DNA of 64,000 nucleotides from Strigamia acuminata (Eukaryota): NCBI GenBank assembly GCA_949358305.1, contig OX442314.1, positions 30,876,001 to 30,940,000 of the forward strand, read 5' to 3'. Shown piece by piece: positions 1 to 11,000 of this stretch (position 1 is its first letter; each line of letters starts with the position of its first letter). The notes under the pieces were generated by a model. It saw only the letters and a program-made list of their open reading frames with translations, ran no database searches and was not told where the DNA came from. The position numbers and the translations under genes were made by a program.

Positions 1-580
1 AAGCTACATCTTTTTCCATGGTTGCCCAAACAACCAAAAAGAGAAGACGTTTGTTATATCATGTTCAAACCAAACCGGGTTTTTAGTAGCAACAGGTTTT
101 AGGAACACCTCACTACAATGGCTGCCAACATGGTAAGTAAACAACACCAATCATGGATCTAGATCCGCAGCTTCAGATGAGATCCAAAACCTTGGTGTGA
201 ACAGTGTATAAAAGCTGCTGTCAGACCACCAATGAGGACATTGACTGAATCGTTGTTTCTTCCTTTATGTACCCAGTTTTAGTTTAAATATAAGAAAAAT
301 ACAAATGTAAATACACTTTTTACAATAAACTATACAAATAAGTAATTCTAATTGATAAAACGACTAGTTTTGATTCATAACTAAAGTAATTGCATGTTTT
401 ATTGTTCATAAACATTGTTAAACGATTTTAAATGTAACCTAGAGGAACCTTTTATCACTTAGGCGTAGAATGTAGCCATTGTTTTGGAAAACTAATAAAA
501 AATAAAGACAACATTAATGAAGAGGATACACTTTCTTACAGCTTTTTACAATATCCAAGTCTTTAATCAGCAGCTATAAA

Positions 581-995
581 ATGAAATTGTTTTTTCTTTG
601 TTTCGTTACGCTTTTATCTTACGGCTATTGCACCACGAATGAAAGAGTTGCAGAGTTGAAAAGAAATTGGTCGTTTGTAGCGGCTTGTCAATACACAAAA
701 GCCATCTGTTTACGTGATTTCACCGACGGGAACTTTCATGGTAACAATCCAAAAACCAAGTGGGTTAACTTCTACCCTAGATGTATGAAGAAATCCGTAG
801 GAAAGGCGAGCTGGGCATTTTGTAGTAAGTTCAATTCCCACTTTTTAAATTACCGGACTTTCACGATTTGTTACAGAAACGGAAGAGCAGCTGCAGAAAA
901 ATGTCTGCAAATATATAACATGCTTTATTAGGAATGAACAGAAGAGAACCCAATACTCGTTTACGTATCGAAAAGGAGTCTGCAAATGCATTTAA
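581..995 (+). CDS. Small secreted 8-cysteine protein, copy 1 (2 exons, 120 aa)
   Basis: Exons 581-824 and 877-995; 52-nt intron GTAAGT...TTACAG, phase 1. Signal-peptide-like start MKLFFLCFVTLLSYGYC; spliced C-terminus ...AFCKTEEQLQKNVCKYITCFIRNEQKRTQYSFTYRKGVCKCI*. Two paralogues nearby share the intron position and Cys spacing. Confidence 0.85.
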
Positions 996-1264
996 TTAAG
1001 AATTCGGCTGCTAAAAAAGCTGCCAAAGCTTTTTATTTTTCACGTAACAGCAATTAAACCAAGACGTTTCTTATTATAAATTTTTTTCTTTATAAAAATA
1101 AAATCTAAATTTTTTTATTAGTGGCTTAACCGCAACGAAAAAGCCGTTAATTAGCACATTCATCTCAATTACCATGTGGCGGTGGCCAGTTGGTTACACA
1201 TTAAGTTCACAATAAAAATAAAAATAAGAATTGAGGTATATTTGTCAATAATTGGGGTAAATAT

Positions 1265-1564
1265 GCGCCGGGCGAATTTCTTTTTTTCCACATTATCACT
1301 ACAGATCATCCGCCCATTACCGATCGCCAGACATTGCTAGCGATCATCACACATGATCATCCCGTGTTCTTGGTTTTTTTTTTTTTTTCTTGACCCCCTG
1401 CGGACCTCACCTTAACTGGTTTTTTTAATGTGATGGGAATTTAGCACTTATTGACTAGGGATAAGTCTGGGGAAAATTATGATTATCATTGGCAATGTCT
1501 GGCGATCGGTAATGGTCGGATGACCGGTAGTGATGATGTGGAAAAAAAGAAATGCGCCCGGCAC
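1265..1564. mobile_element. MITE / foldback element with ~85-bp imperfect terminal inverted repeats
   Basis: GCGCCGGGCGAATTTCTTTTTTTTCCACATTATCACTAC...GATCGCCAGACATTGC at the left is the near reverse complement of GCAATGTCTGGCGATC...GTAGTGATGATGTGGAAAAAAAGAAATGCGCCCGGCAC at the right; no coding capacity. Confidence 0.75.
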
Positions 1565-1843
1565 TAAAACAAGCCCGGCGTCTTAATGAACCCGGGCGTT
1601 TAACGAGGCGATATGGTATTCATACTATGAATAGTTTCTTTGGTTTATTGCATATTTTATCTTTCATAAATATTGTGAACAATTTTAAATGTAATCTAGA
1701 GGAACCTTTGATTACTAATTAGGCAAAGAATGTAGCCATTGTTTTGGGAAGCTAATAAAAAATGAAAACAACATTAATGAAAATGATACACTTTCATATA
1801 GGTAGCTTTCTGCAATATCCAAGTCTTTAATCAGCTGTTAAAA

Positions 1844-2272
1844 ATGAATTTATTTTTTCTTTGTTTCGTTACGCTTTTATCTTACGGCTATTGCGCCAAA
1901 AATGATGTTGCAGAGGTGAAAAAAATTGGAAGTTAATAGAGGCTTGTCAACAGAATGACAACGACTGCCTATATGATTTCAACACAGGGGTCGCTTATGG
2001 TCGCTATGCAAGAGATACCAATTGGCCTAATTTTCACAAGAAATGCATGGAAAAATCTGCTACAAAGGCGAGCTCAAGTTTTTGTAGTAAGTTCAATTCC
2101 CACTTATTTAATTATCGTACTTTCATTTCTCGCACATTCACAATTTCTTACAGAAACGAGAGAGGACATGCTGAAAAATGTCTGCAAATATATCACATGC
2201 TTTGCTAATATTAAAATTGTGAAATCTGTATACCCGTTTACGTATAAAAGTGGAATCTGTACATGCGTTTAA
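1844..2272 (+). pseudogene. Small secreted 8-cysteine protein, copy 2 (1-nt frameshift in an A-run; pseudogene or sequencing error)
   Basis: ATG 1844 (MNLFFLCFVTLLSYGYC). The A-run at ~1919-1925 has 7 A where 8 are needed to keep the frame; after correction all 8 Cys are present. Intron 2087-2153; ends ...KSGICTCV*. Confidence 0.75.
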
Positions 2273-2449
2273 TTAATTAATTTAACCAAGACGTTTCTGA
2301 TAATACATTTTTTCTTCATAAAAATAAAATCTAAATTTTTCATTGTTGGCCTAACCACAACCAAAAAACAAGTGTACAACATTTGCAAATAAATGTGGTT
2401 AACTTATGGCTTGTCTAATTTTTAAATAAATAAATAGGACCTTCAAAGA

Positions 2450-3545
2450 AAAAACACCAGGGGTATGACTACTATATAAAGGCTACGAAGAGAGCCAATC
2501 CTCAGTCTAATTTTTATTAGGCCCTTTTTTGCGTGTTTGTGTAGGTTTTTCATCGTTTTTTGCATATCAATTCGCACTTTTTTATGACGAGAGTCGACCA
2601 ACCCAAGAAAGGGCTTCCATCGACGTCTAAATCGAAGCAGACGTCAGCCGGACCTTTGCCTGTGCCCGAACTGGCAACGCAGGTCCAAACGGCCGCCATT
2701 ACGACCGATTTGACTGTGGAAGCCCTTGCTGTTTTTTTTTTGAAAGAGTTAGACCTTCAATCCTTGATCCAAAGAGGTCTACAAGACTTCTGCAAGTCTT
2801 CCAACCTACTGCCGTCCGGTTCTGCAATGTGCCAAGACGGGCTGCACAAGAGCTATCTTAACAACAAGAAAACAAAATTTTCGCCTTTCTTGCCTAATTC
2901 TGGCATGTTTGCAAAGAATTCGGTTGGCTTTATCTCCAACGAGGATAGTTCTTATCACACCAATTTGGCCAGCAAGTTAAAGTCGGTTTCAGGTAAGCCC
3001 CTCTTTGAATACATTGCACCAAAATCCTAAAATTTTCTATTTTGTCTTTAGATAATCTGGTCCTTCTCTTCACAGGTCCCGGTCATTCTCCCAAATCTGG
3101 CGAGTCTTATCTTGCTGAATCCAGTGGGGTACCCTCACCCATTGATAGTACAGGGATTCCTCCAGTTAGCGGCCTGGCATCTATCCTCACTTCTCTTCGA
3201 AAGGATGGAATTTTAGAGGAAACTTCCCGATTGGTGGGAGTGTCGAGGAAACCCTCCACCTTCAAGGTCTACGCAAACTGCTGAAAGTTCTGGTCTTCCT
3301 GGACAAAATTCAGGAATTTGGAACCTTTTTGTTCATCTCCAATAATTCTAGCAACTTCCTTAGTTTTTTGTATTCGGAGGGCAAGTCTTATACTGCAATA
3401 AACTGCCATAGATCCACTATCTCTCAATATATGCTTATCAATGGGGACCAAGATCTGGGATCTTACCCACTCATTTATTGAGTCATGAAAGGCATTTTAG
3501 CATCTAAACCCATCAGAAATTGTCGTTATTCTCACATTTGGCAAC
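2450..3545 (+). mobile_element. Degenerate, internally deleted DIRS-type (tyrosine recombinase) retrotransposon
   Basis: Overlapping frames read HPLIVQGFLQLAAWHLS (end of the DIRS RT/RH/MT ORF) and SRKPSTFKVYANC*KF...INCHRSTISQY...LGSYPLIY*VMKGILASKPIRNCRYSHIW (N-terminal part of DIRS tyrosine recombinase), with in-frame stops. ORF 2560-3030 is a possible gag remnant. Left boundary approximate. Confidence 0.75.
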
Positions 3546-4203
3546 AGTAAACAACAGTAGAAAATATTTGTTTTACAGTAGTGCGATATACAGTATATAC
3601 GTAGTGTTGTCTTTTTTGGCGACGATATTGCTGCAATTTTCCTGAAACTGTCAGTTATAAATACTGGCAATAAAGACGAAAATTGCTAATAAATCGACTT
3701 GTACTTAAGCATCATCATTTTAACTTTGTGTTTGCAGGTACAGTCGTGGTCATAAAAATCGTCTCAGTCCAGCTTGAAGCACACCTGCAAAATGAGCGTT
3801 TTCAGCTGTTTCCACCAGGTATTGCAAAGACTCAGTGATATGCTGTGACATATTGACATTTAAATGATGTCACGATCACCTTCACTTCATGGGTTTAGAT
3901 AACTGTGTGACATTATTAAAATGTCAATTTGTCACATCACATCCGTGAGTTTTTGCACAACATTACACAGTTGAGAAAGTAAAATGTTTCTAGTGTTCGC
4001 TCTCAAATCGGGCTTTAGTCCGTGAACAGTTTCTTCGGTTTATTGAATTTTTAATTCACCATAAATATTTGAAAGACAATTTCAAATGTAATCTAGATGA
4101 ACCTTTTATCACTTAAGCATTGAATGAAGCCATAAAAATGAACACAACAAGGATATACACGATTTCAGATAAACTTTCTAGGGTATATACAATCGCCTTA
4201 AAA

Positions 4204-6169
4204 ATGAAGTTCTTTTATTATTGTTTCGTCCTGCTTTCACTTTATTCCTACTGCACCACGGCAAAACCAAACGCGATGAACTACCTAGACGATTTGAAAA
4301 CAAATTGGAACTATGTAGCGGATTGTGTACGTACGAATACCAAGTGTGACGACGCTTACCACAACGAGAAGCTTCTGAATCCAAAAACCACGTGGTCTCA
4401 ATTTCACCCTAAATGTATGAAGGAATCCCTCGTTGATGAGAGCTGGGTATATTGTAGTAAGTTCAATAGACCTTTGGAAAATTGAGGTCAGGTGATGCGA
4501 TCATGTGATCGTAACAGTTTTCATGTTTACGTGCACCCAGTTATACAGATTATAGATAAGTAAAAATGCAAATTTTACTTTTCTGGAAAACTGATCATGT
4601 CAACGAAATAGTTTTACAGAGAAGGGTAAATTCCAGTTGTTTGTGGTAGATCACTGCAAAAAAAATTAGATTTTTGTCGATAAAATATTTTGGAAATATA
4701 ACTGAAATGCGATATTTCCAAACCCGAAAGTTATATATTCCAAATTGTACAAACATCAAATTTCCAATGACTTTCCAACACTGAATGCAACCGTTTCCAA
4801 ACTACTTTTTATAGCATGATATATTAAATTTCCAAACCGTTAAACACATATTTCTCAACCAGTAAAGTTAAGATTTCCAAATGTAAAATATGAGTTTCCC
4901 ATCAGTAAATAACAACTTTCCAAATATAAAATTTGATATTTCTTTTTTAATAAAAATTCTAAATTAGTTGAATCTCAAAATAAATCCCTAGAAATTTCTA
5001 TAAAAATTCAATACATCCTGAAAATATGCAGAGGATTCACTCCTGAATCCTGAATCCTGAATTCAATTCTGAATACTGAATTCATTCCTGAATCATAAAT
5101 TCTAAATCCTGAATTCTGAATTCATAAATCTTGAATCCAATAATCTTGAATCCTGAATTCATAAACCAAGGCTATAATCATAGCCTAATACAAAAAATGA
5201 GCAAAATCAACTGAAGGCAGTGATAAAAACTCGCATTAATATGATGGGGTAACAAATTCTAGAATCAAATTAAAAATGTTACACTACAAAATTTGTGTCA
5301 ACTTTTTAATTTATCTTACTCTAACAATAATAATCTAATTATTTGTTGAAGTAGAAATGATAAAACCAATCCCATATTTAATAAATATAAATTTTGAATT
5401 AGTTTTGAATTATGTTCGCCATCTGGTGATAAACCCATAAATTTTAAAAGCAGGAAACATACGATCTTTAGTCATTAATTTTTAGGCTTGTGAAATGAAT
5501 GGAAATACAAATTTTCAAATCTAATTTACATTAACATTCCATACAATTTGCAACATCATCTTTCAGTGTTGAAAATTTTTTGCAGTGAATGTTGGTCGTT
5601 TTGCGCATTGAAAACTGCATGGAAACACCCGTAAATGCAAAAAATAATAGCCATTTGTGGAATTTATAGTGTTGTTATTTGTCGTGATTTTAGCCCTGAT
5701 GTTTTAGATAGCTTTACAATTTTAATTCGTTACTTGGTCACCAGAGTGACCTCCCTTTTTTCTTTGACCCTCTAAAATCCTTGATCACCCTGACTTTAGA
5801 CTCCCTTTATTCTTACAAGTGAGTACATGTAAACATGGTAAATGTTTGCCCCCCTCTACGAGAAAAACCAATACAAAATAACATTACAACATTGTTAATT
5901 TGCAGTTTTCTTTTTGTCGATGGGGCCAAACTGCATTATGTCATAATTTTCCAATGGTCTATTCCCACCTTTTAAAATTACAAAATTACTTTTGCGTGAA
6001 AGTAACGTTATGATAATCTATATTATTTATTGCAGAATCGAACGAGGATCTGCTGACAAATGAGTGCAAATATTTAACATGCTTTGCCCTAAATGATGAG
6101 AAAAAAACAAAATACCGGTTCACGTACACAAAAGATGTGTGCAAATGTGTTGGACCGTACCAATATTGA
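4204..6169 (+). CDS. Small secreted 8-cysteine protein, copy 3 (2 exons, 128 aa)
   Basis: Exons 4204-4456 and 6036-6169 (GTAAGT...TTGCAG, phase 1). MKFFYYCFVLLSLYSYC...WVYC|KSNEDLLTNECKYLTCFALNDEKKTKYRFTYTKDVCKCVGPYQY*. The intron is expanded by an inserted element. Confidence 0.85.
4652..5587. mobile_element. Non-autonomous DNA transposon with CACTG termini (CMC/CACTA-like)
   Basis: Begins CACTGCAAAAAA and ends TTTTTTGCAGTG; AT-rich interior with TTTCCAA and CCTGAAT micro-repeats; lies in an intron that is only 52-67 nt in the paralogues. No clean TSD. Confidence 0.6.
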
Positions 6170-6582
6170 AAACACACGTTTTCAAAAATCATTTATATTA
6201 TTTCATACAATTTTAATGTAAATTGATTAAAATAAATAGCGTTTATATATTAAAATAAATTTCGTGCATTTACTCAAATAGAAACAGATATTGGATTAAC
6301 CCTAACCCTCCTAATCCAGATTAAAACAACAATACACCGCCAGAGGACGTCGTATGAACGATACGACGTTCGCAAAACGTTTTATGTAGTAGCCAATCAC
6401 GGCTGAGTGTAGTTGTATTTAAACCCTGTATTTATTTAGAATAAATCACTTGTAATCTTTAACATCATTACTCTAAACGATAAGATCACTAAGCATTTAT
6501 TCAAAATAAAACATACAATCATTCGAAACGAGAAAAATTTAAATAATATACTTGTTAACTAATTATTAGCGGGGAATTAAGA

Positions 6583-7182
6583 ATGGGCACGCGTATTCAC
6601 ATTGGGGGGTTGAATCACGATGTTTGCGATCACGATGTCGAGCGATTTCTGAATGGATATGGTCTGATTCACGAAATAGTTCTGAAAAAGGGATTTGGAT
6701 TCGTGCAATTCGACAATCCACGAGATGCCGACGACGCAGTTCATGACTTGAACGGGAAGGATTTATTTGGCCAACAAGTGACCGTGCAATTTGCTCGGCG
6801 AATTCCACGCAGGCATGATCGCAAATTAGGCGGCGGAACGGCCATTTTTAATTCCAGATACGATCCTGTCCCGCGCAGAGCAAGATCGCCATTATTACGA
6901 ACTCGCAGCCGAACTGATTGCAGATCAAGATCGCCTTTAAATTCTCGAAGGTCAAGATCGCCTTTAAATTCTCGAAGATCAAATTCGTCTGTTATTTCTC
7001 GAAGGTCAAGATCGCCTGTTATTTCTCGAAGATCAAGATCCCGCAGTGTCTCACCGGAAAACGTCTATGACGCCATACCAGATTACCTTAAATGTAATTA
7101 TAACTTAACTTTAACTGCAGAGATTACGAAACAGATTATCGGGGAAATAAAGAAGAACGATGATACGATATATTTTGAATAA
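6583..7182 (+). CDS. Intronless SR splicing factor-like protein (SRSF4/5/6, B52 type): RRM1 plus short RS region; probable retrocopy
   Basis: MGTRIHIGGL...VERFLNGYG.IHEIVLKKGFGFVQFDNPRDADDAVHDLNGKDL matches the RRM1 of SRp40/55/75. It is followed by 27-bp (SRRSRSPLN-like) repeats; no second RRM (SWQDLKD) and no introns. Confidence 0.8.
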   Translation: MGTRIHIGGLNHDVCDHDVERFLNGYGLIHEIVLKKGFGFVQFDNPRDADDAVHDLNGKDLFGQQVTVQFARRIPRRHDRKLGGGTAIFNSRYDPVPRRARSPLLRTRSRTDCRSRSPLNSRRSRSPLNSRRSNSSVISRRSRSPVISRRSRSRSVSPENVYDAIPDYLKCNYNLTLTAEITKQIIGEIKKNDDTIYFE

Positions 7183-8031
7183 TTTCCGATTTAAACGAAG
7201 ACTATTTCAGTGTATTTAATTAAACACATTTCAAATTTGCCGCCTTGCAATCACATCCAGGTTTTAGCAACGTCCATGAAAAGCAAAATGGAATCCCGAG
7301 TCTCCCGCTCTGTTTAGGCAAAACAATATTTGTACAAACAACAAACCGGTCACCAGTTGTGTCGTAATCAAATTGACCGTAAGTACAACTTTTTAGATCC
7401 AAATATTATAATTTAACATGTTAAGATTTCTTAAAATTTTTAATCCCGTTTCAAACGTTTGCTTCGTAGTGGTAAGGTAGTGCGAAAACCTGGCGTCAAC
7501 ATTTTGTGGAATAAAAATAACCAAATCAATGAAATTTATTTTTGAAATTTTATTCATTAATACCTTGACAGCTGAAAGCTGTACTAATAGATTTTTGACA
7601 TCGAGATAAAATTTTATATTTCATTTGTTTTTTTTTCCCCCTCCTTTACGTCTTCTTCGTTTGTATAACACTAAAGCATACAATATATTTCAGATAAAAT
7701 TCCCTACTAACAGTAATCGATATTGTAAAGTATTAAAATCTAAAATGTATCGGCAATTTGAAAAATTCCGGCAGTGGTTAAATTACAATACTGTACGTAC
7801 TTGTTGAAACTTTGAAAATAAAAATAATTATCTGAGCGATTTTTGCACATAAAATTGCACTTCATCTACGAACTCTACGCTGACTTTTACGGACAAATTA
7901 GCTATTGATTTTAAATAATAATAAACAAAAAAATATTGTATTATTAATCCTCAACTCTTACTTTTGTAAATTCCAACGTGACTTGTAACACGGATTAATT
8001 TTTTCTAGAATTAATTCATCAATCAAAACTT

Positions 8032-11000
8032 TCACATTGAAGTTGATCTTGCTGTACGGTGTCTTGAGCGCAGACTTTGACGCAGTTTCTCCTTTTCAAT
8101 CATTTGTTGCCTTAGTTTCGCTTCCATGTTGGATAATGCAAGTAGTTGTGCCTGAAACAAACAATTCCTTTCAGAATAAAAAAAAAAAATTCTAAAAGAC
8201 CAATTTTAAGGCAAGAAAACCTCAGAATTCGAATAACACCTGCGCATGCGTAAAAGTGCCGTACTGACCATAACATTTCGTGCCCCTTATTAAAAATGGC
8301 ACCAATTATAAACAAAAATGATATATTCCTTAAGGGGCCGTCCATAAATTACGTAACGCTGATTTTTCGATTTTTAGACCCCTTTCCCCCCCCCCCCCGT
8401 AATAAAGTCGTAACAAATTCACAAACCTCCCCTAGAATATTACGTAACAAACCTTACCACCCCCCCCCCCCCAAAAAAAAATTTTTTTGATACAAGCTTA
8501 TAATGCAAAATTTTACAAAAATTAAAATTTTTTTACAAAAATTTCAACAAAATTTTACAAAAATTAAAAATTTTTTACAAAAATTTCAACAAAATTTTAC
8601 TAATTTCACAAAAATTTCAACAAAATTTGAAAAATTGAAAAAATTTTGAAAAATGTAAAAAAAAATTTGAAAAATTTAAAATTGTTTACAAAAATTAAAT
8701 TTTACAATAATAATAAATTGAAACAATAAAAGTAAAATTTTCACTTTTTGTTACGTAACATTTTTAAGAACCCCTCCCCCCCTTCCCCGTCGTAACAACC
8801 CTAAACAAAATTTGAAACCCCCTCCCCCCCCCCCTCCAGGCGTTACGTAATTTATGGACGGCCCCTAACGCGTCTTGCTTTTGGGAGAAATAATAATCCC
8901 TCTTAACTCACTTCAATGTCATCTGTAGGTGGTTGCTGCGACTTTTGCTTTTGCTTCTGTTTCATCTTCTCTTTTTTCTGAGACTGTTTCTGTTTCTTAT
9001 TGTGGAAATTCTTTTCCCCATTCTTCAGTTTCTTCGGCGACTTATTTTTCGCCTTTCCTTGCTTGGGGTTTTTAGGCGAATTGAATTTTCCTTCATTGGG
9101 TTTGTGCTGATTGTAAAACGGAATAAAATCCCCATTGCCAAAATTCTTATTCAGGGAAACGTGCGGCAAACTAGCAGGCGGGTGTTCAATTGCCGGTAGA
9201 ACATCGTTAGCATAATTCTTATTCAGCGAAACATGTGGAGGCATGAGCGACGGAAATCTGTGAAATAAGCAAAACAAAGCCAAAGTTAAACCAAATAAAA
9301 TCTAATAATAAGTTGCATTCAAACTTTCTGTTTTTCATACACAAACACCAAAATAAGCACACAAACAGAAACTATGAATGCACAAAATACTGTCTTACGG
9401 CAAATTGTTATTTGTTTTAGAACCAATGTCAATTTTATGGTAATTTTGCTTATTTGGCTTATAAATCGAAACTGCAATGTATGCTTGCTTGTTATTGTCG
9501 CTGGGATTTTTGTTGGCGTAGAAACTGGTGCCGGGAACGTCGACTGCGATGGTGTCGATCGGTGCGTGGTGTTGGTTTAAATGTTTGAGGTCGTTATGGT
9601 GCAGGGATCCGGCAAAGGAAATGGGGGGCGGCTTGTCGGCGTTGTTGTAGATCTTTGAGTTTGTGGTGTGCCATTTTGCTCTCTGTTTGTGTTCGTCGTT
9701 GAATGGGTTTTCTTTCGGCATTCTGTGCGGGTGGGTCTTCGGTGAAAGACTTTTGACGTTTTCGGTTGCTCTGTAGGAATGTGATTTTAAAATGTTGTTT
9801 TCTTTGACGTGTGGGGAATAATTTCTTGATGGAAGTAAATTGAAATTCTGAAATTTGGCAACAAAAAAAGAAAGTTTGTTATTAATAACTTTAAATTCAT
9901 GAATAATTCGCAATTTAGAAGAAATTTATGTATAAAATAGACAAGTTTTGAGTATAAAATGCAATTTTTAATTTTTGATAAAAAATTATGAACAGAATGC
10001 AATTTTTGATAAAAATTTATGGATAGAATGCAATTTTTGATAAAAATTTATGGATAGAATGCAATTTTTGATAAAAATTTATGGATAGAATGCAATTTTG
10101 GATAAAAATTTATGGATAGAATGCAATTTTGGATAAAAATTTATGGATAGAATGCAATTTTGGATAAAAATTTATAGATAGAATGCAATGTTGGATAAAA
10201 ATTTATGGATAGAATGCAATTTTTGATAAAAATTTATGGATAGAATGCAATTTTTGATAAAAATTTATCACTAAAATGCAAATTTTAATAAAAATTATCA
10301 CTAAAATGCAATTTTTAATAAAAATTTATCACTAAAATGCAATTTTTAATAAAAATTTATCACTAAAATGCAATTTTTAATAACAATTATCAATCAATTT
10401 AATTGATAAATAAAAAATTAACCATCAAATTTAATTCATAAATAAAAAATTAGCAATCAGTTAAATTTATAAATAAAAATTTTGCAATAAAACTCAATGT
10501 ACAATAAAATTCATCAATCAATAATATAAAAAAAAAAAAAAAAAAAAAAACCTTTTGAGTCTTCTGTTGATCCATAGCTTCCATCTGCAGAGCTGTTTTT
10601 AACCTCGACGACGTGTCGTAATCCATTTTCCCTTAAAATCAAAACAAAAAAACAACTCTAAAAAACAAACCACCAATCAAACAACCAAATCCAACCATAC
10701 CAAGTATCTCAGTAACACGCGCCCATCCCTTCGGATTCCTCGACAACTTAATTAAAAAATTCAACATCTCTTCTTCGTGCGGCGAATTAATATACAACCT
10801 CGCATTCCTCGCACTCCGACCAAACATCCCACTCTCGTACAAAGCATCTTTCAACTGCTTCTTCGTGCGCCGAACAATCTTTTCGCTCGAATTCTGCACA
10901 TTTTCACCCGAAATCGCATCCCCAGCCTCGCGAACCGTGAAAAAATCATCGTCATCCCCGTCATCCGCCTCATCATCGATGTAATCATCATGTTTGAACT

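Noticed and set aside
1..215. Possible Crypton/tyrosine-recombinase remnant (NTNHGSRSAAS)
   Set aside because: Only a short, frameshifted resemblance at the window edge; cannot be supported without a search.
7220..7402. Cys-rich 60-aa minus-strand ORF (…GCDCKAANLKCV*)
   Set aside because: No ATG, no convincing splice acceptor or partner exon, and no recognisable family.
9955..10390. Regularly spaced repeats as a CRISPR-like array
   Set aside because: Head-to-tail units with no unique spacers, inside a eukaryotic intron; no cas genes.
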